Shown one piece after another: positions 38,648 through 47,918 of a stretch of DNA of 61,584 nt. The position numbers and the translations under genes were made by a program. The notes below the pieces were generated by a model. That model was not told where the DNA came from. It searched no databases and saw only the letters and a list, made by a program, of their open reading frames with translations. Numbering within the stretch: the stretch's first letter is position 1; every line of letters begins with the position of its first letter. Source of the DNA: Chlamydiota bacterium (GTDB taxonomy: Bacteria > Chlamydiota > Chlamydiia > Chlamydiales > SM23-39); NCBI GenBank assembly GCA_031423235.1, contig JANPFC010000055.1, positions 1 to 61,584 of the forward strand. The letters run 5' to 3'.

Positions 38648-39823
38648 TCAGCAAGATGATGATAAAACTAGGTTTTGAGATTGCCGTTTTGTCGGTGTGA
38701 TTGGATAGCGGTATTCTTTGCCCTGAAAGTTTTTTAGGACAATCTCTGTCTCTGTAATCTCTTTAATCGTGTCTGGATTTAGAGGGATTTTTCCTCCGCC
38801 TCCAGGACCGTCGATCACAAATTGGGGAACTCCGTAACCGGTCGTATGGCCCCTGAGCTGCTGAATCAGATCCAGCCCTTTTTGGACATCGGTTCTGAAA
38901 TGGGAACTCCCTGTAATCAAATCGCACTGATACAGGTAGTAAGGTCTCACACCCATTTGCAAAAGGCGATGGGAAAGAGATTTTAACGCATCGATATTAT
39001 CGTTGATCCCTTCCAGAAGAACAGATTGGTTTCCTAAAACAACGCGCGCCCTTGCGAGACTTTCGCATGCTTTCTTCAGTTCTAGAGTGCACTCTTTGGG
39101 ATGATTGACATGTATACTCATCCAAATCGGTCCATTTTGATCAAGAACTTGACACAATTCAGGAGTGATTCTTTGCGGCATGAAAACGGGGATTCTTGAT
39201 CCAATCCGGATGAACTCAATGTGGGGAATCGCCCGTAATCTTGCTAGCAGGACTCCGAGTTTCCTATCAGGTAGAAGGAGTGGATCTCCACCGCTGATCA
39301 GGACATCCCGGATCGTTGGGTGGTTCTCAATGTATTGGATCGCCTCTTCAAAGGCTGGGTGAAAGTCATAGTTTTGCGCATTTGAAACAAGCCGGCTTCG
39401 CGTGCAGTATCGGCAGTAAGCTGCGCAGGCGCTTGTGACAAGAAACAACACCCGGTCAGGATACCGATGAACAAGTCCTCTTACTGGCATATGGGATTCT
39501 TCGCCAACGGGATCCAGTCTTTCCTCAGGCGCTGTGAACATTTCTCCGCTTCTTGGGATGACTTGTTTGCGGATAGGGCAATCGGGATCGTTCCGGTCGA
39601 TTAAGTTAAAGTAGTGCGGTGTGACTGCGAAAAGGAGTTTTTGGTTTGCGAATTGACAGCCCTCTTCCTCATCGGGACTTAATTCCATTAAGCTTTTCAG
39701 TTGGTCGATTTTTTGGATTCGTGATTTGAGTTGCCATGCCCAGCTATTCCACTCTTCTTTTGGAGTATCGCTCCATAATCCCTGTCCAGAAATCCAGTTG
39801 CTAAGATGATCGTTTGGGTACAT
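38648..39823 (-). CDS. kamA: KamA-family radical SAM amino acid 2,3-aminomutase (lysine 2,3-aminomutase-like)
   Basis: Radical-SAM cluster motif CAAYCRYCTRS, ISGGDPL, and the length and overall pattern of KamA-family enzymes. First gene of the assembly-line operon. Confidence 0.75.
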   Translation of the reverse strand: MYPNDHLSNWISGQGLWSDTPKEEWNSWAWQLKSRIQKIDQLKSLMELSPDEEEGCQFANQKLLFAVTPHYFNLIDRNDPDCPIRKQVIPRSGEMFTAPEERLDPVGEESHMPVRGLVHRYPDRVLFLVTSACAAYCRYCTRSRLVSNAQNYDFHPAFEEAIQYIENHPTIRDVLISGGDPLLLPDRKLGVLLARLRAIPHIEFIRIGSRIPVFMPQRITPELCQVLDQNGPIWMSIHVNHPKECTLELKKACESLARARVVLGNQSVLLEGINDNIDALKSLSHRLLQMGVRPYYLYQCDLITGSSHFRTDVQKGLDLIQQLRGHTTGYGVPQFVIDGPGGGGKIPLNPDTIKEITETEIVLKNFQGKEYRYPITPTKRQSQNLVLSSSC

Positions 39824-39905
39824 TTTTTTATCCTCGAAGTGGGAGAGCTGAGTATGTTATCTTAAGTATTTGATTTATTGAAAGTAGTGCGAATTTCTTT
39901 AGTCT

Positions 39906-40574
39906 TTGCAGGCGAGTATGTGCATACAAATCAGATCTGTAGATCTTCGGACATATCATGAAAATGAAGAGACATTTTTCTCCGTTCTCGATATTCATGA
40001 AAAAAGAAGAGCGGATAGCTTTAAGTTTCCTTATTTGCGCCGGAATTACATTCTCTCTCACGGAATTTTGCGCTATGAACTCGCCGAGTATCTCAATGTG
40101 GATCCATCTGAAATAGCATATCGCTACGGGCCGTTTGGCAAACCGTACTTAACAACGGGTGAAATGTATTTCAATATGTCCCATTCGATGGATATGGCGT
40201 TGTATGGATTTTCATTTCAGGCAGATATCGGCGTAGACATCGAATACATTAAGCCCTTAATTGGCATCGAAGATCTGCCCCTTTCTGCCCTTACAATTCA
40301 AGAACGGAATGAGATCTTGGATTTACCCATCTGCAAACAGAAAGAGGCGTTTTATAAACTGTGGACTCGACGAGAGGCCTATTACAAGGCGATTGGAAGC
40401 GGATTGCAATCAGAAACTGTTGAGATTCCACCTGAGTGCCGTTTTTTAGAACCCTTTTCTTCGTGTCAGTATATCTCAACAGTTGCTTACTTGGACCTGT
40501 TTGGGAAAATCACTTTAGTACAGCCGAGCGCTAAAATAAGGGCTGCAGCTAGCATCGCAATACCTCCGACATAG
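39906..40574 (+). CDS. Sfp-type 4'-phosphopantetheinyl transferase
   Basis: GKPYL, FNMSHS, GVDIEY and WTRREAYYKAIG motifs. Start is the TTG at 39906 or the ATG at 39918. Divergent from the NRPS operon. Confidence 0.8.
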   Translation: MQASMCIQIRSVDLRTYHENEETFFSVLDIHEKRRADSFKFPYLRRNYILSHGILRYELAEYLNVDPSEIAYRYGPFGKPYLTTGEMYFNMSHSMDMALYGFSFQADIGVDIEYIKPLIGIEDLPLSALTIQERNEILDLPICKQKEAFYKLWTRREAYYKAIGSGLQSETVEIPPECRFLEPFSSCQYISTVAYLDLFGKITLVQPSAKIRAAASIAIPPT

Positions 40575-41668
40575 ATTGGCAGATTGTGGCTTAATCCGAC
40601 AAAAGCTCCAGATAAGAGAGGGCTTAGGCCAAAGGCAAGCGCTTCTGTTGATTGATAAATCCCCATGGCCTCGCCCTGAATATCATTTTCAGCCCAGTCG
40701 GAAATCAAAGTGGCTGCGGTAGGGAAGAGAAAGGCGGTTAGATACTGCTGAATAGGGAAATAGGCCCAAAGCCATTTCGGGTGGCTAGATGGAAAGAGGA
40801 GAATATATAGCCCGAGAAGTGTCAATGAGAAAAATAAAATCCGAGCGGGCTTGAATCGATTTAGAACAGGGCGGATTAAGAGTCCGCAACTCAATGCGTA
40901 AATGGCTGCTGAATAAGCATAAAAATTACCCACTTGAGATGCGCTCATTCCAAAATCTTCAATCCAGGTGACCGGGATGAATTCCCAATAAAATGACCAC
41001 CCAAAACAAAAAACGAATGTACAAATCAGTAGACTTCTCATTTCTTTCAATCGGAGAGCTCTTTTGAAATTCGTTAAGCCAAAGGAGATCGAGAATTTAA
41101 TTTTTTTTCTGACTGGATAGGTTTCCTTAAAGAGTAAATATAGGAATATGAGATTGAGCAGGGTCAATAACCCAGCAAAAATGAACGGTTTATCATACCC
41201 GCCTCTGCTGAACCATGATTTCTCTGATAATATCCCCCCAAGGAATGGGCCTACGGTAAACCCTATTCCGCTAGCCATGTTGATCAGGCCAAAGTTTTTG
41301 CTTTTTTCTCCTTCACTGCTTAAGTCTGCCATCACAGCTCCTGCTACAGCTGCATTTCCCGCTGCAACTCCGACCACGACCCTTCCCAAAAGAAGGAGAA
41401 TGAGGTTGTTTGATCGGACCCCCAATGCGCTCAGGAAATAGCCAGCTAGACTGAGGATGAGAGTTATGATTAAAACTGGCTTTCTCCCTTTTAAGTCTGA
41501 TAACGATCCCAAAATGGGGGAGCTGAAAAATTGGGAAAGGGGCATGGCTGCTAGAAGTATCCCTAGCCAAAAACCTCTCATAAGATCAGAGGTCGCGTGA
41601 GGTAGCATGAGGCTTTCCCGCTGGAATAAAATCGACGAGAACATCGGATAAACAAGCCCAATCCCCAC
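40487..41668 (-). CDS. MFS transporter (drug:H+ antiporter-like)
   Basis: 12-TM pattern with motif A GSLSDLKGRKPVL. The open frame continues upstream to 41740 with TM1-like sequence but no ATG, GTG or TTG (see findings). Confidence 0.8.
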   Translation of the reverse strand: MGIGLVYPMFSSILFQRESLMLPHATSDLMRGFWLGILLAAMPLSQFFSSPILGSLSDLKGRKPVLIITLILSLAGYFLSALGVRSNNLILLLLGRVVVGVAAGNAAVAGAVMADLSSEGEKSKNFGLINMASGIGFTVGPFLGGILSEKSWFSRGGYDKPFIFAGLLTLLNLIFLYLLFKETYPVRKKIKFSISFGLTNFKRALRLKEMRSLLICTFVFCFGWSFYWEFIPVTWIEDFGMSASQVGNFYAYSAAIYALSCGLLIRPVLNRFKPARILFFSLTLLGLYILLFPSSHPKWLWAYFPIQQYLTAFLFPTAATLISDWAENDIQGEAMGIYQSTEALAFGLSPLLSGAFVGLSHNLPIYVGGIAMLAAALILALGCTKVIFPNRSK

Positions 41669-41726
41669 CCAGTCTATAAGGGCAATGGAGAGGGCTATAA
41701 GGAGGGAAATCTTCTTTTGTCTGGCG

Positions 41727-43199
41727 TTAATTTTCGTCTCTTACGTCAAAAATGAGGAGGTCAATTTTTGTCACAATTTTATCAAGCGATTGAATCCCGT
41801 CTGTTTTCATGCTGTCTTGCTTTGCTTTTCGGAATAAGACCTCTTCTATGGGCGTAAGGAAAAGGTTTTGGATCTCTTTCCCAAGAATTTTAAAGCCTCT
41901 ATTTGGTGGAAAATAATAGAGTTGAATCCAGGGCAATCCATCGGCGGTAAAATCTCGCGCTAAGTTGAAATAATCATAGTCATCACTGATGATCGAAGAG
42001 TTCAGAAGGATGATTTCGCTCTCAGGGGAGATAGGGAGATTCATCTCGCTAAATGCGCTGAATCCAGCATCTCTTTTGATGAGTCTAACCAGCTTTACCT
42101 TTAAAATCGACTTTTGATCCACTCCAAACTGAGATGCTAGTTCTTGAACAACAGGAATGTGAGTTGATACTGGCAATTCGAGGATTTCGACATTTTCTCG
42201 ATCTGGATATTTAAAAAGCAAACCTTGATCAAATTTTTCTAAAAGAGATCTAACTTCCATGGAGATCTCTTTGGCGACAGTTCCATCTCCGTACACCCAT
42301 TCGTTATTCGAGTAAGCGGGGCGATTTAAATGTAGCGGCTTGGAGTTTTTTTTAAGTTCATTCAGTTCGCTTTCAAGAACAACTCCTCGAACGACTGTAC
42401 TGAGCCGTTTTCCTTTTGAAGATCCTGAAGTGACTCCCCCTTTTCTGTCGATTGGCGATAGAACAGCGTGATAGGGGAATATGGTTGGAACTAAGTAGCT
42501 TGGGTGAGCTTCTCTTGTAAGGTATTTAGGAGACTGAGCAAAGATCATTCCAACAGCCTCTTTGGGAAAGAGGGCGAGAAGAAAACGCTCATCAGAATGG
42601 GGGTCTTGCAAGATGGTGGCAGACATCGTATCTGCTGACATGTCCCAATCAACTAAGGTGAGATCTTGAATGATCGTGCAAGGAGGGAGCGAAGGATCTC
42701 TTTCTTTAAGAAAGGCAAACTGTTTGGTTGATTGATCTTGGTGAAATTTATGCGCATCTTGGTTTACTACAAAATTGATCTCCCTTGAAACGCCTTCCAT
42801 ATGGAGGCCAAGCTCTGTTGAAATGAGCTCATTCAATGAAGTTGAAAATGAATTAAGCACCTCGTTTCCCTGCGGGTCAGGATAGGATAGAAAGCCGTTT
42901 TGGTTCTCAATTGGATCTGGATATTTTGACGCGGTAGCTGAAATTTCTGTCGTGAAGCAATCATAGTCGTTGATATCGACAGTCAGGCCCAGTTTTTCAT
43001 GGTTTACGTCTTGAACGATTTTTTGGATGAGAGAGTTTTTTTCTGGGGTCATATAAAAAAACAGATCGGTGGTTCCAAGCTGCACCCATTGAACTCCATC
43101 CGTACCTAAACGGCCGGGCAGTTCTCCAAAAAGGTTTGCAAATCCAACAATTGCTGCTAAAAGAGTAAGTCGTTTGAAGTAAAGGTAAGCGTTAGTCAT
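41727..43199 (-). CDS. Hypothetical protein with N-terminal signal/anchor
   Basis: The ORF is open from a TTG at 43238, but the ATG at 43199 gives MTNAYLYFKRLTLLAAIVGFANLFG (signal-like). No catalytic motif recognised. Confidence 0.4.
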   Translation of the reverse strand: MTNAYLYFKRLTLLAAIVGFANLFGELPGRLGTDGVQWVQLGTTDLFFYMTPEKNSLIQKIVQDVNHEKLGLTVDINDYDCFTTEISATASKYPDPIENQNGFLSYPDPQGNEVLNSFSTSLNELISTELGLHMEGVSREINFVVNQDAHKFHQDQSTKQFAFLKERDPSLPPCTIIQDLTLVDWDMSADTMSATILQDPHSDERFLLALFPKEAVGMIFAQSPKYLTREAHPSYLVPTIFPYHAVLSPIDRKGGVTSGSSKGKRLSTVVRGVVLESELNELKKNSKPLHLNRPAYSNNEWVYGDGTVAKEISMEVRSLLEKFDQGLLFKYPDRENVEILELPVSTHIPVVQELASQFGVDQKSILKVKLVRLIKRDAGFSAFSEMNLPISPESEIILLNSSIISDDYDYFNLARDFTADGLPWIQLYYFPPNRGFKILGKEIQNLFLTPIEEVLFRKAKQDSMKTDGIQSLDKIVTKIDLLIFDVRDEN

Positions 43200-43278
43200 A
43201 GGCGGTTCCGTTAATAGAAAATGGTAAGAGACTAGCAAATTTTACGAATTATTTACAAACGACAAGGAATGTACCTTT

Positions 43279-44577
43279 TTATCTGACCACAGCGCTGATC
43301 TGATTGCTTTCAAGCCCGTTTGCATCAAATGCAGTGATAGAATAGGTTGTCGCGATCCCTGGCTGCCTATCGTGATCTTCATATTGAAAAGTACTGTTAT
43401 CTAATGTGGCAATTTGAATACCATCCCGATAGACAAAATACCCAGCAACAGGGGTCGAGCTAGCGTCCCATTTCAATAAGTTAAATAACTCGAATGCAAG
43501 GCCGAAATCATTTTTTTTCTGCGTTCCTTGAAGAGTTTGTGGAGCTGAAATAGGAGAAGCTCCAAGGGCAAGACCTAGTATACCTGGACCAAGTCCGTTC
43601 GTATGAGGAGATCCACCGACTGGAGACAGCGTGACCGCATCCAGAACAGAAATACTATTGGAAGCTTGATTCGCTATATAAAGAAGAGTTCCTGTTGGGT
43701 CTAATACGAGTGATACGGGTTGCATGCCGCCAGTTAAATAAGGCGATGCTCCTACGGGTAGAAGGGTCGTTGTATTAAATACACCAACACTATCCACCCC
43801 CCCTCCAATAAGCACATACAGAAACGGTTTAAGAGGATCGGGGTTAACTGCAGCGGCTCCAGATGATGGAAATCCCGTTGGAAGAGGCCCCAAGATAGGA
43901 GCTAAAGTGCTTGCGTTAAATGAGTAGATAAATCCGTTGCCGTCAATTACATATAGAATTGTCCCTGTTGGGTCAATCGCGATTCCTCTAGGAGTAGGAA
44001 CAGCAATAGGCGACATTGGATGAGCTGTGAAGGGGAACGTTTGGTTGAATACAGATACGCTAAGGCTATTTTGGTCGACTACATAAGCAAACGTCCCCAA
44101 AGGGTTGAGTACAATCGCTTCAGGACTCATTCCAACTGGCGCTAATCCTAGAAATGGAAGCGTTGGACTTGTCGCGTCGAGCACCGAAACATCATTGCTG
44201 CCGCTATTGACTACATAAAGTTGGGTTTCCGCTGGATTCAACGCAATGTCTATTGGTCCTACTCCACCGCTTGGGAAGGGAGATCCTGCAATAGGCATGA
44301 AAGTTGTTCCATCAAGCACAGAGATGTTGTTGACATTGAAGTTGTTCGTTATATAAATGCGCGTTCCAGAAGAGTTAACCACTACTTGATTGATGCCCCC
44401 TGCCATGAATGGAAAATTCACCATAAACGGGGACCCTGCGATAGGTACAAAGGTAGCTGCATCAAGCACTGAAAGGGTCTCGTTGTTATTATTCGCAACG
44501 TACAGCAAATCGCTTCCCATCGCAGTACTAGAAACCACAAGAGAGAGTAAAAAGGCTATGATCGATTTCTTCATCAA
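43279..44577 (-). CDS. Secreted YVTN-type beta-propeller repeat protein with C-terminal Fn3-like domain
   Basis: Signal peptide MMKKSIIAFLLSLVVSSTAMG. Repeats of LYVANNNNETLSVLDAATFVPIAGSPF, IYITNNFNVNNISVLDGTTF and LYVVNSGSNDVSVLDATS. The C-terminal 79 aa are shared with the 51724 gene. Confidence 0.7.
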   Translation of the reverse strand: MMKKSIIAFLLSLVVSSTAMGSDLLYVANNNNETLSVLDAATFVPIAGSPFMVNFPFMAGGINQVVVNSSGTRIYITNNFNVNNISVLDGTTFMPIAGSPFPSGGVGPIDIALNPAETQLYVVNSGSNDVSVLDATSPTLPFLGLAPVGMSPEAIVLNPLGTFAYVVDQNSLSVSVFNQTFPFTAHPMSPIAVPTPRGIAIDPTGTILYVIDGNGFIYSFNASTLAPILGPLPTGFPSSGAAAVNPDPLKPFLYVLIGGGVDSVGVFNTTTLLPVGASPYLTGGMQPVSLVLDPTGTLLYIANQASNSISVLDAVTLSPVGGSPHTNGLGPGILGLALGASPISAPQTLQGTQKKNDFGLAFELFNLLKWDASSTPVAGYFVYRDGIQIATLDNSTFQYEDHDRQPGIATTYSITAFDANGLESNQISAVVR

Positions 44578-44640
44578 ATTTCCTCAAAGGTAGATTGTAC
44601 CTTGAGCGGAAAATTATAAATAGATTTTTTAATCTTTCTT

Positions 44641-46176
44641 TTACGATGTCTTTTTTGCGAGGACCGGGTCGGAATCGGGGATGTCGAGCTTGGTTTTCTC
44701 GGCAGCTAGCTCATCGAATTGTTTGCCCAGTGAGATGGCAGAGAGGGTCCAGATCAGAATGATCACTAAGAAAATGGCTGCAACGTAGGGGATGCTTGAG
44801 GCGACTGACGAAAAGATAATAATCAGCCCTTGGTGGATAGCCGATCCGGCAGATTTCCCAATACGGGAACCGACGCCGTCAATCGCGGCCTTCCCCTTCA
44901 GCTTAGATTCGCTGCTGAGCGGGATGAATGCGATCTCTTTTGTGGCATCAAAGAACGTGTACTTGGATGCTCTACTCAGGCAGTTTTGCGCGGCTCCTAG
45001 GGTGACGCAGAGCACGAGGGGCGACATGTTGATAAAGCCAAGTATCCAGGAGAGTCCCTGATTGGGGAAAAAGATAAATTGGAAGAAGAGGATCCCTGTG
45101 ATGCCGACGATAATGGGGGAGATGAGGGCTGATGCGGTCCAAGAATAGCGCTGAATCACTTTCGTAGTAGTGAGGAGGCCTGTAAGGCTGGCGACTAAGG
45201 CCATTACAAATATGACCTGCCCCATGTAGGTATTGTAATCGCTCGGGTTGGGGTAGAGGGCCCGGATTTGGTCCTTCCAGACGACTTCGACGAGATTGAT
45301 AGCCACATTGTAGGCGAAGACAATCAGAGCGATGCAAATGAGGTATTTTGAGCGGGCAAGATAGGCGAAATTGGCCCGCATCGACATCTTGATCTTTTGT
45401 TTAGGGGCAGATTGCCGCTCTTGAGGAAGGATGACGCGGACGTTCAGCCAGCGGAATAGGAACATCGTAAGGAGTCCGGAGAGGATGATGGTGCAGCTGA
45501 GAAAGAAAATCGATTGATCCCAGGCGGTTTTTCCGTAGGGGAGCCACGGGAGGTAGAGGTTGCTCGAAAAATGGATCGCAGCAAAGCCGGAAAACATCCC
45601 CGCTAGGCTGCCGCCGAATGTGAGGAGGCCGTAATATCTTCGGGCTTCTTCGACGGAGGTCACTTCATTGGCAAAACCCCAGAAAAGGACGGTGAAAATC
45701 GCCGTCGACCAGAGTTCCGACATCACGTAAAACAGGGTGAATGTCCAGTTCCGGAAAATGGCTATGAATCCCTTAAATCCGGTGGGGAGAATTTCTTGGA
45801 GCGAGTTAGCGAGCTCATTGGGGTGCAAGTAGTCTTGGGCCGGGTATAAAACAAAGGCGAAAAGGAAGAAAAAGACGAGGAATATAGAGAGGACTATATA
45901 AAAAACTTTTTCTCTCGTAAACCAGTTCGAAAGCCTTGTAAAAAGGATGGTAAAAAGGATCGCGCTCGGGAGAACAGCCCAGAGTTTAATAAAGGGGATT
46001 GCCTCGGCGCCAGATTGGGATGCGGTGATCACAATTGAATCTTTATAGGAACGGAGTACGTTGTAGTTGAATGCGATAAGGAAAAAGATGAAAAACATCG
46101 GAAGAAATTTACTCAGCTCGGCGCGGTGAATGGGCCAGAAAAAAGATCTCCACTTTCCGAAGCCTGCTGTCTTCAT
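44641..46176 (-). CDS. TLC/NTT family nucleotide (ATP/ADP) translocase
   Basis: 511 aa, 12 TM. Hallmark N-terminal block KFLPMFFIFFLIAFNYNVLRSYKDSIVITA, plus FYVMSELWSTAIFTVLFWGFANEVT and EARRYYGLL. Confidence 0.9.
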   Translation of the reverse strand: MKTAGFGKWRSFFWPIHRAELSKFLPMFFIFFLIAFNYNVLRSYKDSIVITASQSGAEAIPFIKLWAVLPSAILFTILFTRLSNWFTREKVFYIVLSIFLVFFFLFAFVLYPAQDYLHPNELANSLQEILPTGFKGFIAIFRNWTFTLFYVMSELWSTAIFTVLFWGFANEVTSVEEARRYYGLLTFGGSLAGMFSGFAAIHFSSNLYLPWLPYGKTAWDQSIFFLSCTIILSGLLTMFLFRWLNVRVILPQERQSAPKQKIKMSMRANFAYLARSKYLICIALIVFAYNVAINLVEVVWKDQIRALYPNPSDYNTYMGQVIFVMALVASLTGLLTTTKVIQRYSWTASALISPIIVGITGILFFQFIFFPNQGLSWILGFINMSPLVLCVTLGAAQNCLSRASKYTFFDATKEIAFIPLSSESKLKGKAAIDGVGSRIGKSAGSAIHQGLIIIFSSVASSIPYVAAIFLVIILIWTLSAISLGKQFDELAAEKTKLDIPDSDPVLAKKTS

Positions 46177-46232
46177 AGAAAACTAATTTCTCATATTCGC
46201 CAATTTTATTCAAACTTGACGGATAAATCTCT

Positions 46233-47918
46233 ATGGGCGATTTAGAAGGCATGAAGGAAGATGTTGTCAAAGTCAGTAAGAGAGGGGGGGCTATTCTCAA
46301 TAGTTCTCTTTTGAACAAGGGGACAGCGTTTACCCAGAAAGAGCGGGATGAATTGGGGCTAAATGGCCTCCTGCCCCCGCGAATTTCCACTGTTGAGGAG
46401 CAAATTCAGCGCTCGTATCTCAATTACAGCCAGAAGAGGACCCCGATAGAGAAATATGAATCTCTAGTCGGTTTGATGAGCCGCAATGAGCTCCTTTTCT
46501 ACCAATTTATTTCCCGCTATCCGGCAGAAATCCTTCCGATCATTTATACCCCGACAGTTGGCGATGCCGCTATGCAGTATAGCCGGATCTACTTCCATCA
46601 AAGGGGGCTCTACCTCTCCTATCCTGTCATGGATAAGATCGAAGAAATCATAGGAAATTACTCCTTGAAAGAGGTTGATGTCATCGTTGTGACCGATGGA
46701 GAGCGGATTTTAGGTCTCGGAGATCAAGGAATCGGGGGGATGACGATCCCGATAGGAAAGCTTTCCCTTTACACCCTTTTCGGAGGGATCCATCCGGCCC
46801 GTACGCTTCCGATCATTCTTGATGTGGGAACAAATAATCCGGAGCTCCTAAAAGACCCTCTCTATTTAGGATGGCAGCACGAAAGGCTGACGGGAGCCAA
46901 GTACGATGAATTTGTCGACCGTTTTGTCCAAGCGATTCGAAAACGGTACCCAAAAGTTCTCCTTCAGTGGGAAGATTTCGGCAAGAATAACGCCCGAAGG
47001 ATTCTCGATAAGTACAAAGATCAGATTCTTTCATTCAACGATGACATTCAGGGGACAGCTTCGGTGACGCTGGCGGCTCTTTTGGGTGCAGTCAATGTAA
47101 CAAAGCAGAAGATCACAGATCAGCGGGTAGCTATTTTAGGCGGAGGGTCGGCGGGTACAGGGATTGCTGACATGATCGTGGCTGCGATGGTGGATGATGG
47201 TTTAAGCAGGGAAGAGGCCTCGAAGCGTATATATCTCATCGATATCGACGGACTGATCCATTTTAACAGCAAAAACATTACCGATGCCCAGAGGCCCTAC
47301 GTTCAGCCTCAGTCGCAGGTGACAAATTGGAAGATCCATTCAGATCACATTTCTTTATTGGATGTGGTTGCAAATGCCCATCCAACGATTTTGATCGGGG
47401 TTAGCGCACAAGGTGGAGCGTTTAATAAAGAAGTGATTGAAGAGATGGCCCGGCATACAGCAAGACCGATCCTCTTCCCCCTTTCCAATCCCACTTCAAA
47501 GGCTGAGTGTACGCCTCAAGAGGCAATCGAGTGGACTCATGGCAAAGCGATCGTGGCTACGGGGAGCCCCTTTTCTCCAGTAGTTTTTGAGGGGAAAACA
47601 TACAAAATCGGCCAGTGCAACAACGTCTATATTTTCCCAGGAGTGGGTCTGGGCGCCCTTGGATCTGAGGCGTCGCAAGTGACTGAGGGGATGTTTTTAG
47701 CTGCGGCACGGATGTTAGCAAGTCATTCGCCTGCGTTAAAAGATCCTACGGCATCGCTCTTTCCTCCGATTGAAGAGGTCCGTTCTGTGTCCCGCCAAAT
47801 TGCGCTTGCAGTAGCTAAAAGGGCTTGCGAAGAAAAAGTGGCGCGCTGTTCCGATTTCAAAAAGGGGATTGAGTCCCACGTGTGGGAGCCAAGCTATCCA
47901 ATTTATCAAATCGAATAA
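46233..47918 (+). CDS. maeA: NAD(P)-dependent malic enzyme (oxaloacetate-decarboxylating)
   Basis: LNKGTAFT, IYTPTVGDA, VVTDGERILGLGDQG, FNDDIQGTA and GGGSAGTGIA motifs. 561 aa, like the large MaeA/SfcA type. Confidence 0.93.
   Translation: MGDLEGMKEDVVKVSKRGGAILNSSLLNKGTAFTQKERDELGLNGLLPPRISTVEEQIQRSYLNYSQKRTPIEKYESLVGLMSRNELLFYQFISRYPAEILPIIYTPTVGDAAMQYSRIYFHQRGLYLSYPVMDKIEEIIGNYSLKEVDVIVVTDGERILGLGDQGIGGMTIPIGKLSLYTLFGGIHPARTLPIILDVGTNNPELLKDPLYLGWQHERLTGAKYDEFVDRFVQAIRKRYPKVLLQWEDFGKNNARRILDKYKDQILSFNDDIQGTASVTLAALLGAVNVTKQKITDQRVAILGGGSAGTGIADMIVAAMVDDGLSREEASKRIYLIDIDGLIHFNSKNITDAQRPYVQPQSQVTNWKIHSDHISLLDVVANAHPTILIGVSAQGGAFNKEVIEEMARHTARPILFPLSNPTSKAECTPQEAIEWTHGKAIVATGSPFSPVVFEGKTYKIGQCNNVYIFPGVGLGALGSEASQVTEGMFLAAARMLASHSPALKDPTASLFPPIEEVRSVSRQIALAVAKRACEEKVARCSDFKKGIESHVWEPSYPIYQIE

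Noticed and set aside
38648-39823. Interpretation of the KamA-family gene as EpmB (EF-P beta-lysylation).
   Set aside because: This is not excluded by sequence alone. However, there is no epmA or efp nearby and the gene is the first cistron of the NRPS/PKS operon (6-nt gap to the thioesterase gene), so a biosynthetic role is favoured.
44583-44606. Imperfect hairpin (CTCAAAGGTA-gattg-TACCTTGAG) between the NTT gene and the YVTN propeller gene, considered as a terminator.
   Set aside because: The stem is short with a bulge and there is no convincing U-run on the minus-strand transcript. It also overlaps the GAGGA ribosome-binding site of the downstream gene.
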